Source: Pseudovirgaria hyperparasitica (Eukaryota). Taken from it: a stretch of DNA of 64,000 nt. This document shows, piece by piece, positions 11,219-23,116 of the stretch. A program made the translations under genes and the position numbers. Positions within the stretch are counted from its first letter, which is position 1. Each line of letters starts with the position of its first letter. The DNA lies in NCBI GenBank assembly GCA_010093815.1, contig ML996572.1. The stretch is one strand, 5' to 3'. Below the pieces are notes generated by a model. It was not told the DNA's origin, did no database searches, and saw only the letters and a program-made list of their open reading frames with translations.

Positions 11219-14200
11219 ATGGCTGCGGAATCCACCGAGCGCGACGAGGAGACGGCTCCAACTACTCCGACCCGCAAAGCTCGACGTACCGACCAGGCTG
11301 AACCCTCAACCCCAGAGAATGGACGCCATACAGAGGAGGAGTTGGAAGAGAGCGAAGAGGAGGAAGAGGACGAAGAGGAAGGAGAGCCTACTCTGAAGTA
11401 TACGCCTGTTACTGGAAGCTTAGGCTCAGTATACAGAGGCGGTGATGCAACTAGTGCAACCATAGTTGGAGGAGACAAGATGGTAGGGTATTTGCGACAA
11501 GACTTGAACTTCTACTGACAATGGGTAGATAATGGGTACACACAATGGCAAAGTCGTAAGTTCCCGATTTCTATGCTCCTCTGGGCCACTTTTGATCTCT
11601 TTTCAAGCATGTTCGATCACTGCCGACGTTCCAACCTCTGCGAAGCTATGGCGCTCACCAGGCATCGATAACATCAGTCTCTATATCACCATTGGCGCCT
11701 CATTTCCCTACCGTGCAGGGCTTGTTAGAAGCTGGGAATGCGACGGAGAGCCCGCGAGTGCCCTCGAGAGCACCAACCTCTGCATCCGGTTCTCAGGCAT
11801 CCCCACAAAAACCTAGACAAGCCCCGGTACCTTCAATACCCTCAAATCAGATCTATATAGGTACTTCTTCAATAGATGGTACAGTATGCGTTATGTCTCT
11901 GGTCGACGAAAAGGACTACACACTTCGAAACTTTGCGCGCCCAGTGCAAGCCGTTGCACTGTCTCCGGATTATAAAAGCGATAGGACATACCTTTCCGGC
12001 GGACTTGCTGGGAATCTGATCCTCACGTCCGGCGGACCTACTGGATATAAGGCTGACGCAAATACGAACAGTGCCGCAGCCGCAGCTTCGGGATGGCTCG
12101 GCTCAATTGGACTTGGTGGCAATACAGGAAAAGACGTGATTTTACACTCTGGAGAAGGAGCTATTAGCACTATTCAATGGTCACTGTCTGGCAAGTTTGT
12201 GGTATGGGCCAACGAAGAAGGTATGAGGATCATGAGGACCAACCTCCACCTCGAGAGCGCAGACTCAGATTACGCCTGGAAGCGCGTTGCCTTCATTCCA
12301 AAACCCAACCGCAAAGCTTGGAGGGATATGGCTGGAGTCTGGAAAGCTCGCGCTCAATGGATCGACGAGAAACACCTTGAACTAGATGATGGTAGTAGTC
12401 CAGCTGCAAATGGGACATCCAATACTGAGAGCAAGGACGATGTTACGTCTCTACTTGGACTCACGCGAGCACCCAAGACCAAGACCAAGAAAAAGAAGCG
12501 TTCTGAGAGGTTGGTAGTCGGCTGGGGCGATGCAGCGTGGATCATCTCCGTTACCGCTGGCAGTACATCAGTCGGAAAGGACGGAGGGGACAGAAAAGTC
12601 GGAAGTGCGGATATAATGCAGATGTATGGCTCTATCTTACTACTCTACGCGCGTTGTCAAAGGCTAATGGGAGCAGCTTGTCGTTTCAGGACTGCATTGT
12701 GGCGGGCCTGACGCTATATACTCCTTCTCTACTCGCTGTTCTAGCATACCGCACTCGAGACGACGACGACAATCCACTTCCTGTTACAATCAAGGGCACA
12801 CCGAAGCGAGGTGTACAGCACCGGCAGAATGGCCTGCAACCTGAACTGAGACTCCTGGACGTCAGCCATGGGCAAGAGGTGGAAGAAGTGGAAGTAGACA
12901 CTTTGAACGCCAGGAATTTTGAATCTCTGTCCGCTGCAGACTACCATTTAAGTTCTTTGTACGTTCCTGTACCGAAACCGCTTACCGCTGCTCAAAGGAG
13001 TGCATTGGAGAGCATTGGTGGTGGTATATGGGACGTTGGAGTCAAAGGAGCTCGCCTCTTCAGTACTGGCGCCAGCATAATCAGTATCCCAGGCAGTGGC
13101 GATAATGTGCGCTCGTCCACGTCCGTAGGCTCGGGACCCAATTCCAACTACGCGTTGCCTCAAAAACGTATAGATTATCCGGCTGCAGCAACACCTGGTC
13201 TGAAGATTTTCTTCCAAAGTCCGTATGACTGTGTGCTGGCGGTCAAACGCGACTTTGGAGATCGCTTAGATTGGGATCTTGAGCACGAGAATTACAAGGA
13301 AGCTTGGGAGCTCCTCGAAAAGCATCCAGAAATCATCAGCAACACGCCTGACCGCTCATTCGAGCCGAATTCACCAACAAGCACGCCTTCGCAAACACAG
13401 GGTAGTCTACAGGAATTCTTCGCAGACGACTCGGCATCTCAGACCACCACATCCCTCGCGAAGACACAGAACTCGGCAGCCGAGAAGGAGAAGCGACGGA
13501 TTGGAGACTTGTGGGTCCAACAGCTCGTTACCAGTCAGCGATGGAGCGAAGCTGGAAAGGTAGCCGGTCGCGTTCTGGGGCATTCAGGTAAATGGGAGCA
13601 TTGGGTCCTGAAGTTCTGCCAGTCTGGTCACTACGACGACATTACACCGTACGTGCCAGTGCACCCAATCAGGCCGCCTATTCCCAGCTATGCCTATGAG
13701 CTCATACTCGGTCATTACATTGTTCACGACAAGTCAAGGCTGAAGGAACTTCTTGATACGTGGGACGTAGACCTCTTCGATCTTCCCAGCGTGATAAGCT
13801 CGATCAAGAACAGGCTTCAGGCGGGCGACGTTACAGAGGAGTCCATTGAAGATGGCGAGCAAGGGCGGGACTGGAGAATACTCCAAGAGATGCTTGCCAA
13901 ATTGTATCTGGCGGATAATCGGCCCAGAGATGCACTGCACTGTTATATTCGCGTGCAGGACGCAGACGCGGTTATGGGACTACTGAAGGAGAATCATCAC
14001 CTACTCGACGCCATCAGGGATGACATACCCGGGTTCATTCTACTGAGGGTGACCAAGGAGCAGATGAAGTCTGCGCCACGCGACGAGCTTGAGGAGATTT
14101 CGTCCGAGGCAATTCGCCTGCTGGTCGACGAAGCATATCAGGGCACCGTGTCGCCGGAAGACGTAGTGTCTCAGCTCAAGAAAGGGGGGATGAAACACCA

Positions 14201-15322
14201 GCTCTTCCTCTATTTCTACCTCCAAGCCATATGGAAAGGGCAGGGGACGATGAGAGACTTTGGAGATGACAGGCAGAACATGACGGAAGAAGGCAAGGGT
14301 CTGATTGAGGACTTTAGTGATCTTGCCGTGAATCTTTTCGCCGAGTACAATCGGCCACTGCTGATGGAGTTTCTCAAAGCGTCACACAGCTATGATTTTA
14401 CCAAGGCGTTGAGGATATGTGAGCAGCGGAAATATGTCCCTGAGAGAATGTAAGTTGCCAACGTCCCGCTTAAGTTTGAGAGAGAGGCTAATGGGCGCAT
14501 AGTCATTTGCTGTCAAAAATGGGCCAGACAAAAGATGCTCTGCGCCTGATCATCTCCGAGCTTGGCGACGTGTCCCTGGCAATCTCGTTTGTGAAAGAGC
14601 AGGACGACACGGATCTATGGGACGACCTGCTGACGTACTCGATGGACAAACCGCGCTTCATCAGAGCGCTGCTGGAAGAAGTTGGCACGGCCATCGACCC
14701 GATCAAACTCATTCGTCGGATCCCGGAAGGACTCGAGATTGAAGGTCTGCGCGAAGGCATCGGCCGCATGATTCGTGAATACGGCGTACAGCACAGCATC
14801 AGCGAAGGCGTGTCCAAGGTCCTGAGGGGCGAAGTGTCCATTGCAATGGAGACGCTGCGCAGCGGGCAGAAGCGCGGCGTCCGATTTGAAGTAGCACACA
14901 AGAACCCGCCCGAAGTCGAAATCACCGTCCAGCCCGCGCCTGTCGCAGAGCCTGTCGAAGAGGCATATCTCGCCATGAACATCGCTGGTGCGCCGAAGCA
15001 AGAACTCGAGGACGAGGAGGACTACAAGCCCGGCGCTTGCGTGGGCTGCAGAGATATATTCCTGGAAAACGAGACGGACACGTTGATTGGCTTTGCGTGC
15101 GGCCATGTCTACCATTTGACCTGTCTTCTGGACCAGCTCCCGGGGAGCTCTGCAACGGCGGAGGCTGCCCAGGCCATGCAGCAGAGGCTAGCGGCATCGG
15201 TCGATGCAGACGACATTTCGTTTTCTAGTCGCAGCGTCGGCGCAAAGGTTGCCCATGCACATATTATCAGGAGTGTTGTGAGGGAGGGCTGTCCGGTGTG
15301 CAAGGGGAAGGCGTCGACGTGA
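11219..15322 (+). CDS. VPS41: Vacuolar protein sorting protein Vps41 (HOPS subunit), multi-exon
   Basis: Acidic N-terminus then EPTLKY; 27-nt micro-exon 11529-11555 (IMGTHNGKV); WD motifs RPVQAVALSPDY and GEGAISTIQWS; clathrin-repeat region (ALRICEQ...LLSKMGQTKDAL, LWDDLLTYSMDKPRFI, IPEGLEIEGLR); C-terminal RING CVGC..CGHVYHLTC..CPVC. Confidence 0.93.
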
Positions 15323-15894
15323 GGAGGGGGCATAGGACATGGGACATAGGACATACGACACAGCAGTCTTGTTCACTTTGTGTAGGGGGGAGGGGGCGGG
15401 AGTTGTTTCGTATGATATCTGATGCTTTTATCAGTGTGCATATTCTTCTTTTCATTTCTTTTCTTTTCGCGACAAAAATGCATGGACATGGGCGTTTGTA
15501 TAGCGAGCGACTGACTGCCAGAACGTGGATGTAGTAGGCGCAGAAGGGGGGGGTGGAGGGTAGGCTTGCGCGAGGCTGAGAGAGCACCTATGTAACTTGT
15601 AGACTTGTACCACACAGAATGTTGGACTCTGGTGACCCTCCACCTCCTCATGATAGTATGCAAAGTAGGCTTGGCGTGTGGCCTGAGGCAGCAGCAGCAC
15701 TCGGCTAAGCACAGCTGCCCAGTGGTGGTGTTCGGCCCGCGATCATTTATTTCATGCTGCGTAATAAAATCCGCTTACACCCGAACGTCATCGTCCCAGC
15801 AAACACCCGATATAATTACACAACTTCTCCATTCACTCACTGATCCAACTCCCCGATTAACTCAACACTATAAAACAACAGAAAAGAAAGAGAT

Positions 15895-17140
15895 ATGACG
15901 ACGACGACGACACCATCATCATCCACCACCACCAATACCAATACCAACAGCAAAGACACTGTCGTAACGGAGGGCGCACCGGCACATGGCGTGGTAGCGC
16001 ATCTGCTGCCGCCGACGTATAAGCGGATGGTGGCGAGCTGGCTGGAGGAGGATGCGCCGAGCTTCGACTATGGCGGGTTTGTGGTCGGGGAGGAGGTAGG
16101 GGAGGCGAGGCTTTTGGGGAAGAGCGAGGTGGGTTTGGGTTGTTTTCTTTGTTTGGGGGGGTCTTGTGTTGTTTTCACGGTTTGGGGTATGGAAGATGCT
16201 GAAGATGTCTTGGGAGGGGGGGAAGAAAAGAGCTTGGGATGAACGTGATTCCGCGATATGCATTTCCACGTTCCCTGACTGATGCTCTATATCATACCCT
16301 CACGACTAACACACAGCCACAGGGCATCATCGCCGGCATCCCCTTCTTCAACGAAGTCTTCCGCCAACTAGACTGCACGTAAGCCAGCCCACCCCCATGC
16401 ACCCCCCTCAAAACAACCCCATTAACCCACCTCCCCAAAACAGCGTGACCTGGCACCTCCAAGAAGGCCAGCCCATCCACCCACCCGCCACGCACTGCGC
16501 CACCGTCCGCGGCCCCATGCGCAAGCTCCTCCTCGGCGAACGCGTCGCGCTCAACACGCTCGCGCGCTGCTCCGGCATCGCGTCCCAGACAGCCCGCACG
16601 CTCGCCCTGCTGCGCGCCGCCGGCTACACCGGCACGCTCGCCGGCACGCGCAAGACGACGCCCGGGTTCCGGGTCGTGGAGAAGTACGGCATGCTTGTTG
16701 GCGGGGCGGACGCGCACAGGCTTGATCTGAGCCATATGACTATGCTGAAAGATAATCATGTGTGGGCTGTGTCTGGGGAGGGACAGGGGGGGGCTATCGC
16801 GGCGGCGGTGCGCAAGGCGAGGAGCGCGGGCGGGTTCGCGACTAAGGTCGAGGTCGAGTGTCGGAGTTATGAGGAGGCTGTTGAGGCGGCGGAGGCGGGC
16901 GCGGATGTGGTGATGTTGGATAATTTTAGTGCCGAGGGGGCGCGGGCGTGTGCGGCGAGACTGAAGGAGAGGTTTGCGCGGGGGACGGGGAGGGGCTTGT
17001 TGGTGGAGGTGAGTGGCGGGTTGACGGAGGGGAATATTGGCGAGTTTGTGTGTGCGGATGTGGATGTGGTGAGCACGAGTAGTATTCATCAGGGGGTGAG
17101 GCATGTGGATTTTTCGCTCAAGGTGGTGCCGAAGGCGTGA
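15895..17140 (+). CDS. BNA6: Nicotinate-nucleotide pyrophosphorylase (quinolinate phosphoribosyltransferase)
   Basis: Exons about 15895-16128, 16323-16378, 16444-17140; motifs [85 protein letters not shown]. Confidence 0.95.
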
Positions 17141-17148
17141 GGGCTTGG

Positions 17149-17240
<92 letters not shown>
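17149..17240. repeat. (TGTC)23 perfect tetranucleotide microsatellite
   Basis: 92-bp pure tract starting 8 nt after the BNA6 stop codon. Confidence 0.97.
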
Positions 17241-17762
17241 AAGGCGGATGGATGCTACATGGCGAGGTTCAGTAGGTAGAGCAGAAGAGCATCACGATCG
17301 AACCATGTCGAACGGTGTATATTGTTCTTGCACACACACAGTAACGTATACGATACGATACGTACACTCCTGCCTCAGGCACACCCGCATAATCCACCAC
17401 GTGCATCCGTCCTGAAACGCTCCACTCCAAGCATCGTGACACATGGACAGACACGCGCACCGCATTGGCTGGCTGGTGTTGCAGTCCAGTCCACACAGTC
17501 CGCAGAACGAAAGATGGAATTGGCCTGCACTTTCGATCAAGAGGGAAGGGAAAAATAAAAAGAAAAGAAAGAAGAAAAAGAAAAGAATTAATCCGGTGAT
17601 GATGATTTATAATTAAGCCGCGGAGGGGTGGGGGGAGGAATACATACTCAGTGGCAGCGGCAAGAGCGGCTGTTGTGACTTTTTTCTTTGTCGACCTACG
17701 TGCCTGCCTACGTACCTAGCTACCTACCTTACATGTATGCATGGAGGGTGTGTCGTGACACA

Positions 17763-17806
17763 CATAGCATAGCATAGCATAGCATAGCATAGCATAGCAT
17801 AGCATA
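17763..17806. repeat. (CATAG)n pentanucleotide microsatellite, about 8-9 copies
   Basis: Directly visible tandem tract. Confidence 0.95.
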
Positions 17807-18466
17807 CGATACATACACACATGCAACTAGATACGTACGTCTGCGGCGCGCAGTCTGAAAGTTTCTTCTTTTTCCGGAGTTTTCTTGACTTTTCAAGTTG
17901 AGTCACTGATTATAGTGTCAGGTGGTAATTAGAGTGGTGGTAGGGCAAAAGTGAGGTAGCTGGGTAACATGAGCTGAGGCAGCAATGCATTCGGTAGTTA
18001 GTGCTGCGTGGGATATTAGTGTTGGACAGAAGAAAGAAGGATCATAGGTTGTTGAAGAGGTGTATGGTGGTGTTGGTCGGGAGTGGTTAGACTGATAAAG
18101 ATGGATAGGGAGTATCAGCGTCATGGCCGTGATGGTAATTAATTACTAGGTAATTACTGTGCAAATGACAGTCAGGCAGGTAGTCAGTCAGGCAGTCAGG
18201 CAGCAGTGATGCAGCATGGCAGACAGAAAGACGATGTGGGAGGTGCATCTTCCCCCGTCCCCTTCCCCCGGTCGTTCACGTGGCCGTGGGTAGTGTAGTC
18301 TGTAGGCTGTAGTCAGGCCCAGGACCAGGACCCCATGTGGAAAAGTGCAAGTGCAAATCAGATCAGATCAGATTCCTCGAGACGGGCAAGATGGGATAGT
18401 TAATTAATTAGTACCGTGTCGTACCGTGTCGTGTCGTGACGTGCCGAGTCGGAGCAAGCAGGAGTC

Positions 18467-18527
18467 AGGACAAGCAGGACACGCAGGACAAAGCAAGGAC
18501 AAAGCAAGGACAAAGCAAGGACAAAGC
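18467..18527. repeat. 11-bp minisatellite (AAGGACAAAGC) x4 with degenerate upstream copies
   Basis: aggacaagc aggacacgc aggacaaagca aggacaaagca aggacaaagca aggacaaagc. Confidence 0.9.
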
Positions 18528-20244
18528 AGGGCCGAAGCAAGGGTTGAGAACTTGAGAGCGAGTGGTGGGTGTGTGTGATGCTGGCGAAAAGGAAGGAGGA
18601 GAGATTAGTAAGCTCAGGCAGGAGGTTGAAGCAATAATTAGTACCTGTAAGGAATAGCGGTGGTGTGATTTGGGGGAACAAGTTAGGAAGAGGATAGGAG
18701 AATATTGAAGCGGAAGGTGCAACGTGGTGGTGATGGTGATGGACGTTGACCCGACGAGCACGAGACAACAGGAGCAGCGGGATTCGCACCGACTCAGACA
18801 CCTTCGTTCACATGGATGATGGAGAAGAGGTGGGTTCCTGAGTTTTGGTTCCGGGATCTGGGAATCGGGGGGATGTGGGGTGAGGTGCAGAGTATGATGT
18901 GTGATGATGATGATGATGTGTGATGGTTGTTGGGCGGGATAATGATGGTAGCTGTTGTTGTTGATCTGCAATAAATGAGCGGAGGTGACGACGGAGAGAT
19001 AGAGGATGCGAGAGATAAAAGTCCGAGGGAAAGGGATCCGGATCCGCGGCTTGGATACATGGAGGATACTTGGAGTACTGTGTGGATACAGACAGTAGTT
19101 ATGACTGCTGGAAGGATGCATGATATTGGCTGTGAATACTACCTTACCATGTGCTGTATCCACATGCACATGCAACTGCACACGCACACGCACAGGCAGA
19201 AGCACACGCACACGCACATGCTGCTGCTGCTGCTCCTCATGCTCGAATGGCCAAGCTGGCGGTGCAAAATGACTACTACAGCGACTACAGCGACACAAGT
19301 GAAACAGGTCGTGCTCTGACTCCTTTCTGGCGGGGGCTTCTGTCTTCTGGCTGCTGCCTGGACTGCCTGGACCATCATTACCACTCACCAGCCAGTCACA
19401 AGTCAGGCAACACGCTCTCAACACGCACCCAGCACATCTACACATGACGATAATAGGATAACAAGACGAAAAGACGCGCCAAGCGATCAACACGCCGCTG
19501 CTCGACCTTCTGGAACACCTGCATCAATCATCGTCACTCCTACTATGAAGTAATAGCTAGCTAAATTAATCTAATCAACTAATTAACTACTCCTACTCCT
19601 ACGCCGCCTGCTAATTAACCCTCATATCCACGCAAATCACTTTTACTTTCCCGCACATCACCTGCTTGCCTGCTCTCCAGACAACTCGCTCGCGTGGCCT
19701 TCTGCCGTCTTGCTCCCAACTTCCCGGGTTCAGGCCTGCAAGCCCTGATCGGTGAGTGAAACTGCTGCTAATCCTAATACTGTACATCCTTCTCCTACTA
19801 CTACACTACATAATACTACATATTCACTTCCAAGCCCCAAGTCCAAGCACAAGCACAAGCCCTTTTATTCGCCGACCCCATATCGTCGTCGTCGTCGTCG
19901 TCAATATCAATCACTGTGCCCGCCCTACTACTAATCCTCCACCACTACTTACTTCCGCCTCCTTCCCCCCCCCCAAAATTCCCACCATCCGTTCTCCGGC
20001 CCGCCGCTCGTCTCAGCACTAACTCGACTTCGTTGCGCCACTAGACAAACGCCCACTTCTGCTTTTTCTTCCTTCTCTCTCTCTCTCTTTATACCACCAC
20101 TACTTCATCATTTCCGTCTCTTCTGCCTCACCCCTTCTTTCCATCTCTCTGCCACTTCTACTCACAAATCCATCCGACTACGCGCACTTCACAAAGAAAC
20201 ATGCGGCCTGCTGTATAACTGGCTTGTCACGCTCCAGGTGAAAG

Positions 20245-20841
20245 ATGGACTTCATAGTAAGCTGCCTCCCCAAAATCTACATAATCACCACATCCCACCT
20301 CCTGCAATCACTCACTGACGACGCCGCCATCATACAGCTCTCCCTGGCGCACTTCTGTGAGATTTGTGGTCCTACCTCCACCATATGTACTCAAATCGTG
20401 CCGGGCAACTGCGCGACTTGCCATCCTTGCCTCACCCCACCCTCTGAAGAACCCTCGCAATCCTCATATTCCACGAATCCGACATGGACAGACACCTCCG
20501 CCTCCTCTCCCACTACCCGCCTTGCCCATCGCATGTCCGGTGTGGCCTCACCCTTCGAATCCCCGCCCCTGAGCCCTCGCACCCCCTCGAGCTCCTTTAA
20601 CAACCCATACTTTCCAGCCACCATCGATGGCTTTGCCGTCACTAGGTTCACCGAGAATCTGGGGAGCGACGGCGATGGCTGTGATAACTGCGACTTTCTC
20701 GTGCCAGAGCATGTCCGTGCTCGTCTGCCAGAGGGTGCCCCGGGTAGCCCGACAAAAGATGGACGAGGCAGAAATGGGAGTCCGGTGCTGCGTTCTTGCC
20801 AGTCTGTCCTGGCCCGGGGTCCTTCACCCGATTCAGATGAA

Positions 20842-20877
<36 letters not shown>

Positions 20878-21374
20878 CAGTCCAAGTCTTATCTGAGCAA
20901 CTCGTCATCCTCCCCGTCAAGCGTGACGTCCTCGACGCCAACATCGCCTCTTTCGCTCCCGCGCAACACCCACGCACACAAGCTGATATACATGTCGACC
21001 CGCCAGCCCATCTCGCCATCCGCATACTCCCTCCTCCGGCGGTCCTACGTCCGCACATTCTCGTGCGAGGCGCTCCCCAAGAATTCCCGATCTGGTCCCT
21101 TATTCTTCGGCGACTGCTCCTCCGGTTATACAATCGCATACGTCTTTCGACTGCCAGACCCGAGAGCGCGAGGCCGCTTACGCACATATGCCCTCATCGC
21201 GCTCGGTGGCCGCGACAGCAGGCGCGTCAGCTCCGCCCTGGTCAAGGTGCTGGAACACTTTGAAAGCATAGCAAATCAAATCATCACCATGGCCGACCGC
21301 GTGCTCGAGCGTGACTCACCCGTCTCGAGACCAACAACCGCCATCCAACAGCCGCCTCCCACAAGTCCATTGCT

Positions 21375-21409
<35 letters not shown>

Positions 21410-21753
21410 CTAGCTCAGCAAGCCTTATGCCTGCTGTGCCACAACAGACACCCGAATCGGGTAACCGCGTCAGCAACACCGGATCCAAGACTGCCCCCAT
21501 TGATCCGTACCCGGCCTTTGCATCTCCACCACCACACGCCGACAGCGCCCGCAGATTTACCCCGGCCTCGTCGTTCCTGTCCGCCAAAAAGGTCGATCCC
21601 GACGGCTATCCCCGAGTCAGCCGCGAAGTCATGCGCGCCAAAGGCTTGGCCGACATTGTAGGCAACCAAAACTTCTTTGTCGAGTTACACGCCAAGTTCA
21701 CCGTACTCCTCAGCAGTCTCATCAACGACTTTGGCACTGGTGTTGCTGCCTGA
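20245..21753 (+). CDS. LST7: Folliculin / Lst7 family protein (longin-type N-terminal region)
   Basis: MDFI, intron 20257-20337, then LSLAHFCEICGPTSTICTQ; further motifs YMSTRQP, RTFSCEALP, GPLFFGD..GYTIAYVFRLPDPRARGRLRTYALIA, KGLADIVGNQNFFVELHAKF. Contains poly-Asp and poly-Ser tracts. Confidence 0.88.
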
Positions 21754-22787
21754 CTGGGGGGTTGTTGGGAGTTTACCGCACCGCACCACGCCTCGATGAG
21801 TCACATATATATCAATATTGGTGCTCTGTATAGCCAAGGGGTCCCCTCTTCGTCCGTCTCGGAGCCTGTACCACCACCACTATGGCGTCGATGAGGCCTG
21901 ATGACATGAACCCGATTTTCTTTTCCGCGCCATGCTGGGCATAACTTTGTGCCACGCTGCGAGCATGCTGTCTGTCTTGCATCCCTCTTCTTCTTTGTAA
22001 CCTCTCTGTTTTTTTTTGGTGTCCAAGCGGTAGTATGCACGTTAAACATCCCGTTGTCGCTCTCAGATACCCCCTTCTTCCGCATTGCGCTTTGCACTGC
22101 ATCCTCTGTCTGTCCTGTCTTAGTTCCTTTTGTGTGTTTTTTTTTTTCGTTGCTTTGCATGCGAAAATGGCCACCATACAATGCAAATGGCCATGTATAT
22201 GGTTTGGGGGTTACAGTTATAGCGGAGGGACCTGAGGTCCGTGGTTCGCGGTTCACGGTTCGCGGCTGAGAGCTTTTTGTCGACTTCGTTTTCGTCTTGT
22301 GTCTCTTACGGGCGGACAGATACACGGGAGATGTGACGGCAACAAGGCCCGTTGACCTTTTTTGTTTGTCCTGTACTTTTATACTACTCTTGAACTTTTC
22401 AAGAATTGCCCTGGGAGCGTGGTGTTGTTGTCTTTTTTTTTTTCTCTCTGAAAGTCTCGTCCCTTTTTACCTCTAGACTTGTTTGTTTGGCGTGACACGG
22501 GAATTATGGGGAATTAGATCTGGGCGGGGAACATGCGATGTCGTGAATGATGGCGGTGGTAGCTGTGGTGGTGGACTGTATTGTATAGAGAGCAATGGGA
22601 TGAAGATGAGAATAAGAGAGAGAAAGGAGAAAGTATGATATGATATGACGGGTTTTTGGTTGTCGTTGACAAGCAAGGACCTGCCTGGTTGGTCTCCTTT
22701 ATGCCGTCCGTATAAACTAGACTTTTTTTCTTTCTTTCTTTCTATCTATCTATTCTTTTCTCTCTTGTCTTGTTCTTCTTGCACAAT

Positions 22788-22799
<12 letters not shown>

Positions 22800-22843
<44 letters not shown>
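22800..22843. repeat. (AG)22 dinucleotide microsatellite
   Basis: Directly visible tract between the convergent LST7 and TIP20 3' ends. Confidence 0.95.
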
Positions 22844-22848
<5 letters not shown>

Positions 22849-23116
22849 AGAGAAGAGGACGGATTTGAATATATGAATACACGTCATTACACACACATCC
22901 ATTGAGTAGCATTTCTCGAGTTTCTGTGTACATGTACATTGTAGGTCGCGGTGTATATGTACGGAGCTGACGTGACTATATATACTTGCCTTGCCCCCCT
23001 TTTCCCTTTCCTTTTCCTTTTCCTTCTCTCTCCTCTCCTCCCTCCCACCGTTCCCTCCCCCATCCATCTCACCTCACCCTCAGACTCACCCCCAGACTCA
23101 CCCCCAGACTCAACCC

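Noticed and set aside
15351..15370. ACATACGAC resembling the start of fungal 5S rRNA; scattered GGTTCG tRNA T-arm-like words elsewhere
   Set aside because: The downstream 5S sequence is absent and no cloverleaf could be built around any GGTTCG.
17149..18527. Tandem repeats as a CRISPR-like array
   Set aside because: Simple repeats without spacers, in a eukaryotic genome.
16292..19493. Long ORFs such as 16292-17242(-), 18465-19493(-) and 19151-19447(+)
   Set aside because: They are antisense shadows or microsatellite-derived low-complexity translations without domain motifs.
21751..21800. TGA-CTG readthrough-like context after LST7
   Set aside because: The extension (LGVVGSLPHRTTPR*) has no PTS1 or other signal.
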